Of a stretch of 64,000 nucleotides of DNA, positions 53,701 to 61,552 are shown piece after piece. Within the stretch, counting starts at the first letter, position 1. Every line of letters begins with the position of its first letter. Source of the DNA: an uncultured Muribaculaceae bacterium (GTDB lineage: Bacteria > Bacteroidota > Bacteroidia > Bacteroidales > Muribaculaceae); assembly GCA_904501735.1 (NCBI GenBank), contig CAJGBY010000005.1, forward strand, positions 27,660-91,659, in the 5' to 3' direction. The notes beneath the pieces were generated by a model. The model made no database searches and was not told where the DNA came from. It saw nothing but the letters and a program-made list of their open reading frames with translations. Position numbers and translations under genes: made by a program.

Positions 53701-55611
53701 TATAAGATGACTTACGAACTTCGTATGGACCCAACAGGTGTTGGCGAAGTGCTTGATGAAAACGACGGTGGTGGTATCGCTCCAATGGAAGCTAAATCGG
53801 CAGTGAAGATGTTGTCGGTTGCAGTTGATTCTCCTCTACGCGCTAATATTAATACTAATATTGTGCCAATGGCTAAGAGTACTAATGTAATGGAAGCTCC
53901 ACAAGACTTCGAACACAATAGCGCTCTATTCTATCCTGTAATGCCAGGTAACAACACTACTTACCAATATGGTGCAGGTAACACTTATAGCCAATATAAG
54001 ACAGCTACAGCATTCGTAGCTCCTGAAGAAGGTTTCAATATCTCACACATCTATACAGCGACTTATGTGGGTAATCTTACTAATGTAGACTTGGTGGTAG
54101 AAGTGGTGAGAGGCGCTCAATCAGGCGATCCAACAACTGGTACAGTGGTTGGTAAGGGTACATTCCACATCGATTCAATGGATGGCGCTAACTTCATTGT
54201 AATGGCTCTTGATAAGGCTGTTTACATGAACCCTAACGAAGAATTCCATGTAATTATCACTTATCCTGTGGGTGTTGAATACCCAGGTTACTTGTGCTAC
54301 AAAGAAGAAGCAGTAGTATCTAACCGTTACATGGCTTATGTAGAAGGTTACGGATGGTTTGACTTGGCTACAATGTTCAAGGAAGACTATGGTTCATTGG
54401 GTCACTTGGTAACTTGTCTTGAAACAGTGGCAGGTGATGCATGGGTTAAGCTATTGAACGAACCTAAGAGCGGCGTGCTTGAAGCTCCAGCTGAAGGTGG
54501 CAATGGCGGTAGCACAGGTGGCGATGACTTCGGTGGTGGCGCAGTGGCTCCATTGAATGTATCGGCTGATGGCTCTGCAGTTGAATTGCAAATCCAAATC
54601 GATGCTTCGGCAGCTCCTCTTGTGAAGGGTAATAAGGCTGTGCTTGTGATCAAGACAAGCGATCCTACACAACCAGTTATCAACTTCCCAATCTATCTTG
54701 ATAAGAATGGCGCTCCAGTGATTACAGCTCCTACAGGAACTGTATATGCTAAGGAAGCTGAAAAGACTACTGTAAATGTAGTGGTAGCCGACGAAGATGG
54801 CGACGACTTTACATTGGCATTTAGCTCACCAGCACAATTGGCAAGCATTAAGAGCGTAACAGCTGTGAATAATGCTGAATTGACATTCGCTGCAGCCGAA
54901 GATGGTACTTACGCAGTAAGCGGTGCATCACAAGGCGTGAATGTTGAAATAGAAATCGCTCCTAACTATGGCGATGCAGGTAAGTATGCATTTACATTGA
55001 CTGCTGTAGATGCTCATGCTAACGAAGCTCAAGCTATCGTGAACTACGAAGTAGAGCATGTGAACCGCGCTCCTGAAGCTGTGGCTGTTGAAGACATTGA
55101 ATTGGCTCTTGATGCAGCTTCTCCAGTGATTTCATATGAAACTATGTTCATCGAACCAGATGAAGACAAGATGACTTACACAATGACACTATCAAATAAC
55201 GGTGTGGTAACAGCGTTTACAACTGAAAGTGGTGTAATCTTCGTGGGTACAGCCGAAGGTGAAGTGGAAGTAACTGTTGTGGCTACCGATGTATATGGTG
55301 CTTCTACAAGCAACACATTCAAGGTGATTGTATCACGCACAACTGGTATCGACGAAAATAGTCTAAATGCTAAGGTTGAGGTATATCCTAACCCAGTAGC
55401 TGAAACATTGTATGTAACTTGTGGCTTCTCGGCTAACGAAACAGCTTACACAATCTATGCAGCTAATGGTGCTAAGGTTTACAGCTCAGTAGAGGCATCG
55501 GCTCAAGGTGAAGCGAAAGCAATCAATGTGGCTGAACTAGCTGAAGGTGTATATATCTTGCAGGTAGCAACTGCTGAAGGTACAGCTACCTTCCATGTTG
55601 TTAAGAAGTAA
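47764..55611 (+). CDS. Giant (2615 aa) subtilisin-family (S8) serine protease with multiple Ig/NIDO-like modules and T9SS C-terminal sorting domain
   Basis: Signal peptide and an I9-like propeptide (IRVKLQ...YSIRRVFP...WYEITFDE). Catalytic residues are D203 (VAIIDGGID, nt 48370-72), H258 (HGTHVAG, 48535-37) and S437 (GTSMATPHVSG, 49072-74). The T9SS CTD is at 55375-55608 (VEVYPNPVAETLYV...GVYILQVATAEGTATFHVVKK). Confidence 0.9.
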   Translation: MQKMALRLLLLLTIFVGGNIFAYAGEAVAKKGVIRVKLQPEVALQLGKTPRMQTAGVLKTGITPLDASAKAIKAYSIRRVFPYAPKFEAQRAKYGLDRWYEITFDEGVTNAKALSVLKQTAGVQDAHCIVPMELKESTTFRKATAAPKAASSAMPFNDPRLPSQWHYFNDGSLAQSKAGADINLFEAWKITTGSNKVTVAIIDGGIDMSHEDLAANVAKNEAELNGKAGVDDDGNGYIDDIYGWNFCTNSAEIYPHDHGTHVAGTVAAVNNNGIGVAGVAGGDGTPGSGIKMISVQVFDSRSGSGDADFAAALVYAAERGATIAQCSWGWGSADYKEQSVLDAIDYFTDAARSENMNGGLCIFAAGNDGATGNWYPGCYEPVVAVAAMGDDLTPTTYSNYGEWVDVVAPGGLLDYGDAHGILSTLPDNSYGFSEGTSMATPHVSGIAALFLSKHGKAELINETLRQQLITSVNDFYTLNPAAEGLFGSGYVDAAKALAMGDGTAPSAVSSFSVYPGQDNVTLGWIIPASSDNNVNNHILYYSKTAFDANSDLSAVSTKVIDTKFLSSGDSITYELTGLESLTTYYFAMKAVNRWGNASELSPVVSATTNAGPKMTIDKSSISLTVKAGVASAVTFNVGNQDEGLLKWNGLARTTQQTISTRALNNRPLVPSVKPFNGKLSSEKATTYAVVRGEGFHQDEYPVEMAYFDAYYASIGETDTSLPNSAAQWFYVDPNEYPEGFNLTAVKKTSFYGESAVVQIYKGSNLTQANLAQEITPTSFYSDMVVRLNEQMYFAPGESFWVVYHFPAQEAAYPLGLATAKDEAYAGYSYMSNDMGKTWVKVVDVLKGSAYEALGNNVSWAITAMSQNPDWSEVLVLNPNEGSVKYNEKQEVSVTTNGEPLINGTYKFNIRFNTNESAANQLKIPVTLTVSGNTAKMKGPKIVDFGNLLVGQEKTLTVEVYNEGYGIFGYYGSLSGNRITCSSANFKAPSYISGGFPARATSTFEVTFAPQEAGSLTGVLTFKNGDNTTYSITLQGVATEPAKIVVDPAEVKVGDLAVGGEEVKATFNIKNEGKYPLEYVFPKFSNETIEGSTSKAHKFGYTALTNLNGDTTFAYDGNSELIGATDITSVFSDDNYFSKPISLGFAFPFYGKTYENIYINSFGGLQFAIGEYTLRAPVSESSYGTENVGYISAYGYQLQFGPDSKIEYAKQDGKFVVKYSNVLALVYDQEYTPVSFRIALSSNGDIEVFYDSYDPMSMNLFQEGSTLYCGILDPACADALTMTSADIADYWGQNDDLAGDMYVNFTNQSSVKFVAPKPNMVTALSSTSGVVNPGETAIIEATLKADETMNAGENFNNIVILSNDPVNGTAFVKFTANIVGDELLPVVALESNDINFGKVFRTSDTKVVVTVKNTGKKVMEVTEVKAENNVVTFEATVPFAIEPGMSKDIVVTIPTENEGAVADAITVVTNAGEVKANIAGEVIGVPTLDLSYNEIKSTLNSGDELKAPLTITNNGNETLLYSITPNPEYISFSEEFSADSKVSYAYTASIDGAGAKYDWVDIETTGLGEQNNFTYYNSHDFVAVELPFEFPFYGKKYSKMYVYNTGFVSFTERNDDKVWPEPPAAFPGGTVYTNLIAPYWGLHTMDQTKSAGTYHYVTENEAIISWMEYGNTMNMGVCYQLIMRKDGSFKFQYKGLGDYAVIYSAFGLAGLSNEDGSNGVKIPERYIQFGNAVEFTPVVEVAVAAGENRVVDIEVLTDKLAGVYNSAIKLNSNVPGKEKVELPIELTINGVAKPVFPTDTIVVERIIGSYDGYREDLPVGGVTGMGAMYEAGFKIENQGTAAFTITNVVNGGPSIYDDWFDMYTPIFSTYYYAPELDWITGEPTGNYAWTQYYDYLPVTVDNNGVYFTIPMIDYTTAYTPGVYDIPLTFHYNESDVAVVNVRFIVTPAPVASLDKSEIRVENATDSHKSVETVTLSNVGQYKMTYELRMDPTGVGEVLDENDGGGIAPMEAKSAVKMLSVAVDSPLRANINTNIVPMAKSTNVMEAPQDFEHNSALFYPVMPGNNTTYQYGAGNTYSQYKTATAFVAPEEGFNISHIYTATYVGNLTNVDLVVEVVRGAQSGDPTTGTVVGKGTFHIDSMDGANFIVMALDKAVYMNPNEEFHVIITYPVGVEYPGYLCYKEEAVVSNRYMAYVEGYGWFDLATMFKEDYGSLGHLVTCLETVAGDAWVKLLNEPKSGVLEAPAEGGNGGSTGGDDFGGGAVAPLNVSADGSAVELQIQIDASAAPLVKGNKAVLVIKTSDPTQPVINFPIYLDKNGAPVITAPTGTVYAKEAEKTTVNVVVADEDGDDFTLAFSSPAQLASIKSVTAVNNAELTFAAAEDGTYAVSGASQGVNVEIEIAPNYGDAGKYAFTLTAVDAHANEAQAIVNYEVEHVNRAPEAVAVEDIELALDAASPVISYETMFIEPDEDKMTYTMTLSNNGVVTAFTTESGVIFVGTAEGEVEVTVVATDVYGASTSNTFKVIVSRTTGIDENSLNAKVEVYPNPVAETLYVTCGFSANETAYTIYAANGAKVYSSVEASAQGEAKAINVAELAEGVYILQVATAEGTATFHVVKK

Positions 55612-55661
55612 TATGACTGAAATTTAGCGAGCTGATTGAGTTCGGCTCGCTCTTGAATAGG

Positions 55662-55700
55662 TGAGGGCTTGCACTTAGTGGTGCGAGCCCTCATTGTTTC
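55662..55700 (+). terminator. Terminator after the subtilase gene
   Basis: TGAGGGCT (55662-69) pairs with AGCCCTCA (55686-93), followed by TTGTTTCG. It is preceded by a second hairpin, AGCGAGC/GCTCGCT (55626-51). Confidence 0.65.
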
Positions 55701-55842
55701 GATATATGTGTGCTTGGTTATGGGCATAAAAAAAGGGACCGCTCTTCACAGATGGGTCACCTTTCCATAACCAAAATTCAAGTATATTATTGTTTGTTGT
55801 TTATATTACAAAGATAACCTATCGTTTATAATTGTGCAAGTT

Positions 55843-55888
55843 TTAAAAAGAGAAATCGCCTTAGCCTCGGAAGGATAAAGCGATTTTC
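55843..55888 (-). terminator. Terminator after der
   Basis: On the minus strand, GAAAATCGC...GCGATTTC is followed by TCTTTTT. Confidence 0.55.
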
Positions 55889-55893
55889 TTTTA

Positions 55894-57210
55894 TTATTTT
55901 TCTCTCATATACACATTGATAGGAGTACCAGAGAATTCCCAATTTTCGCGAATCTTGTTTTCAAGATAGCGGCGATATGGATCTTTCACCCATTGAGGCA
56001 AGTTGCAGAAGAAGATGAAAGTAGGTACTGGAGCACCCTTAAGCATTGTGATATATTTGATCTTCACATATTTGCCCTTAGTTGCTGGAGGTGGGTAAGC
56101 AGCGATAGCTTCTTGCATAACCTCGTTAAGCTTAGATGTAGGCACTGTGCGTTGACGATTTTCGTACACCTTAACAGCTTCTTCAAGCACGCGGTGAATG
56201 CGTTGCTTAGTAAGCGCTGAACCGAAGATGATAGGGAAGTCGGTGAATGGAGCAAGGCGCTTGCGAATAGTGTCCTCGAAGTGCTTGATAGCTACTTGGC
56301 TCTTGTCTTCCACAAGGTCCCACTTGTTCACAACCACCACAAGACCCTTCTTGTTGCGATTTACAAGCGAGAAGATGTTGACATCTTGGCTTTCGATGCC
56401 TCGAGTGGCGTCGATCATAAGGATACATACATCACTATTTTCGATGGCACGGATACTGCGAATAACTGAGTAGTACTCGATATCTTCGTTTACCTTGCCT
56501 TTCTTGCGAATACCTGCTGTGTCGACAAGATAGAAGTCGAAACCAAACTTATTGTAGTGAGTGTAGATACTATCGCGAGTTGTACCAGCAATTTCGGTAA
56601 CGATGTTGCGTTCTTCGCCAATGAAAGAGTTGATGATAGACGATTTACCAGCGTTAGGACGACCTACGATGGCAAAACGAGGAAGTTTTTCGAGCGCTTC
56701 GTCGTTTTTGATGTCCTCAGGCATGCGCTTAACGATTTCGTCGAGCAAGTCGCCAGTACCGCTACCAGTCATAGCCGAAATAGAGAATGGGTCGCCAAGT
56801 CCGAGAGAATAGAATTCAGCTTCGGCATAGATAGAGTCGCCCTTTTCGGCCTTATTAGTAACAAGAATTACGGGTTTCTTGGCACGGCGCAAGATAGCAG
56901 CCACATGGTCGTCGAGGTCGGTAACACCATTGGTGATGTCGACCATAAATAGAATGATGTCGGCTTCTTCGATAGCGATAGCTACTTGCTTGTTGATTTC
57001 TTCTTCGAAAATATCTTCCGAATTGACAACCCAACCACCAGTGTCGACCACTGAGAATTCGCGTCCACACCAATCGAACTTTCCGTATTGGCGGTCGCGT
57101 GTAGTACCCGAAGTATCATCAACGATGGCACTACGAGTTTGAGTCAATCGGTTGAAAAGAGTGGATTTGCCCACATTAGGGCGTCCCACGATTGCTACTA
57201 AGTTTCCCAT
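55894..57210 (-). CDS. der: Ribosome-associated GTPase Der (EngA), double GTPase domain plus KH-like domain
   Basis: Two G1 motifs (GRPNVGKST; GRPNAGKSS), two DTGG/DTAG motifs and two NKxD motifs (NKAE variant and NKWD). Confidence 0.95.
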   Translation of the reverse strand: MGNLVAIVGRPNVGKSTLFNRLTQTRSAIVDDTSGTTRDRQYGKFDWCGREFSVVDTGGWVVNSEDIFEEEINKQVAIAIEEADIILFMVDITNGVTDLDDHVAAILRRAKKPVILVTNKAEKGDSIYAEAEFYSLGLGDPFSISAMTGSGTGDLLDEIVKRMPEDIKNDEALEKLPRFAIVGRPNAGKSSIINSFIGEERNIVTEIAGTTRDSIYTHYNKFGFDFYLVDTAGIRKKGKVNEDIEYYSVIRSIRAIENSDVCILMIDATRGIESQDVNIFSLVNRNKKGLVVVVNKWDLVEDKSQVAIKHFEDTIRKRLAPFTDFPIIFGSALTKQRIHRVLEEAVKVYENRQRTVPTSKLNEVMQEAIAAYPPPATKGKYVKIKYITMLKGAPVPTFIFFCNLPQWVKDPYRRYLENKIRENWEFSGTPINVYMREK

Positions 57211-57259
57211 AATATCTATGTATCGTTATAATCTATTTAATGTTGCAAATATACGGAGT

Positions 57260-58141
57260 TTATTCGATGTAACCGAACGAACGCAGTATGTTTTCTCTAT
57301 TTCGCCAGTCTTTTTCTACTTTTACGAACATTTCCAAGTAAACTCGTTTTTGGAAGAATGCTTCGATGTCCTTGCGCGCTTCGATACCCACTCGCTTGAG
57401 TTTGGTACCACCTTTACCGATAAGAATCGCCTTTTGGCTGTCGCGTTCGGCATAAATTACTGCCATGATGTGGATAGAATCTTCGGTTTCGTCAAATTTT
57501 TCCACGATGGCTTGCACTGCGTAAGGAATTTCTTGGTCGTAGTCGAGCAAGATTTTCTCACGAATGATTTCGGTGACGAAAAAGCGTGCTGGCTTGTCGG
57601 TGAGCGCGTCCTTACCAAAGAATGGAGGAGAGTCAGGAAGTAGACTCACGATGCGCTTCATGAGTGTGTCGACATTGAAGTGTTCCTTAGCCGATGTTGG
57701 ATAGATTTCGGCATTAGGAATGAGTTTCTTCCATTGATCAACCTTGGCTACGAGTTCGTCTTGACCTTTTAGAAGGTCGATTTTGTTGATAACAAGCAGT
57801 GTAGGTACATTGCACTTGACTACCGATTCCACGAATTCGAGGTTTTTCTCAGGCGATTCGATGACATCGGTAACATACACGATGATGTCGGCATCGGTGA
57901 GCGCGCCTTTCGAAAATTCAAGCATACTTTCTTGTAGCTTGTATTTTGGTTTCAACACGCCTGGGGTGTCGGAGAACACAATCTGGTAGTCGTCGGTGTT
58001 TACGATACCCATAATACGGTGTCGTGTGGTTTGCGCTTTTGATGTAATGATGGAGATGCGTTCGCCCACGAGCTCATTCATGATTGTAGATTTTCCTACG
58101 TTGGGATTGCCTACAATGTTTACGAAACCTGCCTTGTGCAT
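57260..58141 (-). CDS. era: GTPase Era
   Basis: GNPNVGKST, DTPG and NKID motifs plus a C-terminal KH domain (ILIGKGGTKLKRVG). Confidence 0.95.
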   Translation of the reverse strand: MHKAGFVNIVGNPNVGKSTIMNELVGERISIITSKAQTTRHRIMGIVNTDDYQIVFSDTPGVLKPKYKLQESMLEFSKGALTDADIIVYVTDVIESPEKNLEFVESVVKCNVPTLLVINKIDLLKGQDELVAKVDQWKKLIPNAEIYPTSAKEHFNVDTLMKRIVSLLPDSPPFFGKDALTDKPARFFVTEIIREKILLDYDQEIPYAVQAIVEKFDETEDSIHIMAVIYAERDSQKAILIGKGGTKLKRVGIEARKDIEAFFQKRVYLEMFVKVEKDWRNRENILRSFGYIE

Positions 58142-58211
58142 AGTCCTATAATGGTTGTTTTTGTGGTGTAATGTGCAGATTTACTGCACGATATCATTAT
58201 TTCAAGTAAAC

Positions 58212-58243
58212 AAAAAAAGCATCAGTATAATGATGCATTTTTT
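58212..58243. terminator. Bidirectional terminator between era and fabH
   Basis: GCATCA (58219-24) pairs with TGATGC (58231-36), flanked by an A7 run and a T6 run. Confidence 0.6.
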
Positions 58244-58293
58244 GTGCGACAGCCCACAATTATCCCTTGTCGGCTATCGTAGGAATGTGGGGA

Positions 58294-59277
58294 TTAACAC
58301 CCCCACACGATATACATAGCGCCCCAAGTGAATCCTGCACCGAATGCGGTGAGAACCAACTTGTCGCCCTTCTTCAACTTGTCTTTGTACTCGTCGAGAC
58401 ACAATGGAATAGAAGCAGCACTTGTGTTGCCATAGTGTTCGATGTTTACAAGCACCTTGTTAGGATCGATACCAAGGCGTCCGCCTACGGCTTCGATGAT
58501 GCGAAGGTTAGCTTGATGAGGAATGAACCAGTCAACATCTTCTACTGTGATACCATTGCGAGCCATTACTTCTTGTGAAGATTCTACCATGTCGGTAACG
58601 GCGTGCTTGTAGACATTGCGTCCTTCTTGATATACATAATGGTGGCGTGCATCGACAGTTTCGTGAGTAGCAGGAGAAGCCGAACCACCAGCTTTCATAA
58701 GCAAGTGTTGAAGGCCTTCGCCGTTTACGCTGTAAACGCCATCGATGATACCGATATTTTCTTCGGTTGGCTCAAGAATAACTGCTGCAGCAGCGTCACC
58801 AAATAGAGGGCAAGTATTGCGATCTTGATAGTCGGTCATACTTGACATCTTTTCGGCAGCAACTACGATAACTTTCTTGTAAAGTCCCGATTTGATATAT
58901 GCATTACCAGATTGTAGAGCTACGATGAAACCAGCACAAGCAGCTTGAATGTCGTAGGCATAGCATTTGCTACAACCACAGCCGTGAGCAATAATAGATG
59001 CTGTGCTTGGGAAACGGTAGTCGGGATTAGATGTTGCGCAGATAATAAGGTCGATATCTTCGGCTTTAGTACCTGTTTCGGCAAGAAGTTTGCTTACAGC
59101 CTTGATACCCATATATGAAGAGCCTGCATTAGGTTCTTTCAATATGCGGCGTTCCTTGATTCCGACGCGTGTTGTAATCCATTCGTCATTAGTGTCCACC
59201 ATCTTCGACAAGTCGTCGTTGGTGAGCTTGAATTCGGGTGCGAATGAAGCAATTCCTGTTATTTTAGCATTAATCAT
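58294..59277 (-). CDS. fabH: 3-oxoacyl-ACP synthase III
   Basis: Active-site Cys context AACAGF, HQAN (His) and GNTSAASIP (Asn) motifs. 327 aa. Confidence 0.93.
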   Translation of the reverse strand: MINAKITGIASFAPEFKLTNDDLSKMVDTNDEWITTRVGIKERRILKEPNAGSSYMGIKAVSKLLAETGTKAEDIDLIICATSNPDYRFPSTASIIAHGCGCSKCYAYDIQAACAGFIVALQSGNAYIKSGLYKKVIVVAAEKMSSMTDYQDRNTCPLFGDAAAAVILEPTEENIGIIDGVYSVNGEGLQHLLMKAGGSASPATHETVDARHHYVYQEGRNVYKHAVTDMVESSQEVMARNGITVEDVDWFIPHQANLRIIEAVGGRLGIDPNKVLVNIEHYGNTSAASIPLCLDEYKDKLKKGDKLVLTAFGAGFTWGAMYIVWGC

Positions 59278-59387
59278 AAATATCTTCAGATGTGCGAATA
59301 TGAAAAATTTATCCTAAATAATCAGTTGTTATTTAGGATAATATCACATTCTTTGTTTGGGGAATCGAGTTAATCAAAAATGAGTGA

Positions 59388-59573
59388 TTAAACAGCTGCC
59401 GATTTCTCGATAGCGATTCTTCCACGATAGTAGCCACATTCAGGGCATACTGTGTGGCAAACGTGCCAAGCGCCACAGTTTGAACAAAGTGACAAAGTTG
59501 GAGCTACAGCCTTATCGTGAGTTCTTCTCTTAGCTGTACGAGTCTTAGATTGTTTTCTTTTAGGATGTGCCAT
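59388..59573 (-). CDS. rpmF: 50S ribosomal protein L32
   Basis: MAHPKRKQSKTRTAKRRTH... with zinc-ribbon cysteines (CSNCG...CPECG). 61 aa. Confidence 0.93.
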   Translation of the reverse strand: MAHPKRKQSKTRTAKRRTHDKAVAPTLSLCSNCGAWHVCHTVCPECGYYRGRIAIEKSAAV

Positions 59574-59589
59574 CTTTTCTTATTTGTTT

Positions 59590-60156
59590 TTAATTATTTT
59601 CGGTTAATTTTTTCAAGGCTTCCCAACGAGGGTCGACTTGATTGCTATTTTCTATCTCGTCGTTGTCGAAAGCCTCGTCGTCGTCAAAGCCGTCTTCGTA
59701 GCCTTCTACAGCGTTATTTTTCAAATATTTTGCCATTCCCTTATTGCATTTCCCTGCTGGGTGAACATGCTTCAATGGAATGGTAAGTGCAACCGTGTCG
59801 TATAGCATGTAAGCTACATTTAGGCTGACCTCAGTTTCGGGAATGATGAGCAGTTCATCGTTTTCGTCGTTGAATTCCTCGCCGTATTTCACACACAAGT
59901 GATAGTCGGTGTCGACAATGTGTTCCATTTCGTCGAGACAACGGTCACAAGGGATGAAAATAGAACCTTTCAAAGTGAAATCAAGCTCGTAATAATCGCT
60001 TTTGCAATTCACTGTAAGATGAGTTTTTACATTACCCTTGATGATATCCTCGCTTTCCATATTTCTGAAAAACTCGGTATCCAGCGTGTACTCAAATTCT
60101 TGAGTGCCGCAAGTCATTCCTCGGAGCGGCAATTTAAAAGCTACAAACTTTCCCAA
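59590..60156 (-). CDS. DUF177 (YceD-like) protein
   Basis: It lies directly upstream of rpmF, as yceD does. It has the CDRC motif and an acidic C-terminus. The listed start is a TTG at 60156 and no in-frame ATG lies upstream; the next ATG is codon 14. Confidence 0.8.
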   Translation of the reverse strand: MGKFVAFKLPLRGMTCGTQEFEYTLDTEFFRNMESEDIIKGNVKTHLTVNCKSDYYELDFTLKGSIFIPCDRCLDEMEHIVDTDYHLCVKYGEEFNDENDELLIIPETEVSLNVAYMLYDTVALTIPLKHVHPAGKCNKGMAKYLKNNAVEGYEDGFDDDEAFDNDEIENSNQVDPRWEALKKLTENN

Positions 60157-60179
60157 AATATTTTTTTCGTTAATCGGTG

Positions 60180-60211
60180 CAAAGGTATAAACAATTTAAA
60201 TAATAATCAAC
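60180..60211 (-). promoter_or_regulatory. Bacteroidetes-type promoter of the yceD-rpmF-fabH unit
   Basis: On the minus strand: GTTG (60211-08), 20 nt, TACCTTTG (60187-80). Confidence 0.45.
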
Positions 60212-60393
60212 TTATTAACACTAAAAAACGACTTTTTAGGTAAAAAACTGTTGAAAAAGGGCGTTTCTATCCGTTTGAACCGTGGTTTTACATGATGTTT
60301 TTTGGATTTAGGAACAAAATTGGGAGTGTTTTGTTCGCCGATGAGTGGATTTTTGTATTTTTGTGTTCGAAACGAGAAAAAGTGTTTAAAACG

Positions 60394-61227
60394 ATGAAAA
60401 AAACATTATATGTGAGCGACCTTGATGGTACATTGCTCGACCGAAATTCGCAGTTGAGTGATGAGAGTGTGGCGATACTAAATAGGGTGATCGAGGAGCA
60501 TGGTGTGAACTTCACCATAGCTACTGCTCGCACGCCTGCCACTGTGGAGCATATAATGCGTCGTGTGCGCACGCGCTTGCCTTATATAGTGATGAATGGT
60601 GCAGCGATGTGGTGCAACGAAAATCGCCAGTTCTTGAGTAAGAATGTGATTTCGCCAGCCGATGTGAAGCGTGTGTGCGGCATTTATGAGTCGTATGGAC
60701 TATGTCCGATGGTGTATCGTGTGAATGGCGATAAACTGGAGGTGAGAAGCTGTGGCAGTCTGTCATCGGCCGAGGTGGAGTTTGTGGAACAACGACGCAG
60801 CTTGGAGCTAAAGAGGTTCTTCCTAGAGGATTGTTGCTATAAGGAAAATGAATGTGATGCCTTGCTCATTTTTGCAATGAACGATTACGAAACACTTCGC
60901 CCTATACACAACGAGATAGTGGCAACTACTGAATGCTCGTCGGTGTTCTATCACGATATTTTCGATGCCTCGGCGGGATTGGCCGAGACTTATGCGAGTG
61001 GTGTGTCGAAAGCCGATGCTGTGGGTCGTCTTGCGCGCGAAATGGGAGCAGAACGATTGGTGGTGTTTGGGGACAATCGCAACGACATACCAATGATGCA
61101 AATTGCCGACCTGTCGGTGGCTCCTGAAAATGCTGTTGACGAGGTGAAAGCTATTGCCGATATGGTGATAGAACCGAATTATATGAACTCAGTCGCTAAG
61201 TTTATTTTAAGTGAAATAGAAGGGTGA
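60394..61227 (+). CDS. Cof-type HAD-IIB phosphatase
   Basis: The start is taken at ATG 60394 (MKKTLYVSDLDGTLL = DxDGT motif I). TARTP is motif II-like and GDNRNDIPM is motif IV (GDxxND). Confidence 0.85.
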   Translation: MKKTLYVSDLDGTLLDRNSQLSDESVAILNRVIEEHGVNFTIATARTPATVEHIMRRVRTRLPYIVMNGAAMWCNENRQFLSKNVISPADVKRVCGIYESYGLCPMVYRVNGDKLEVRSCGSLSSAEVEFVEQRRSLELKRFFLEDCCYKENECDALLIFAMNDYETLRPIHNEIVATTECSSVFYHDIFDASAGLAETYASGVSKADAVGRLAREMGAERLVVFGDNRNDIPMMQIADLSVAPENAVDEVKAIADMVIEPNYMNSVAKFILSEIEG

Positions 61228-61493
61228 AAAATTAGAGGAATTAAGGTTTGGATGGGTATAAAACAAAAAAAAATTGGTTATCTCACGACAACCAATCTTA
61301 ATTAACCTTAAATCTAATACCATGAAAAACACATTGCAAATATACTAAGGATTTTTGACATGGCAATACAAATTTTAGGGAAAATATCAGTGATTAATAT
61401 TCTTTAACTAAAATTCAAAAAGTGAAACATTTCGCTCTTTTTTCGTTGCTCTTTATGGGGTGAGAATTATATGTTTTAGATGTGAAAAAAATA

Positions 61494-61525
61494 ACAGAGC
61501 TTGGCACGCATGCGCCAAGCTCTGT
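61494..61525. terminator. Bidirectional terminator
   Basis: ACAGAGCTTGG (61494-504) pairs with CCAAGCTCTGT (61515-25), flanked by A-rich and TTTTG sequence. It lies 28 nt beyond the M16 peptidase stop. Confidence 0.75.
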
Positions 61526-61552
61526 TTTGTGAAATATAGTGTTAAGCAACTA

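Noticed and set aside
59278-59387. Absence of plsX between rpmF and fabH
   Set aside because: This is only a gene-order difference from the E. coli/Bacillus paradigm. The 110-nt spacer shows no gene remnant or scar, so nothing supports a deletion event.
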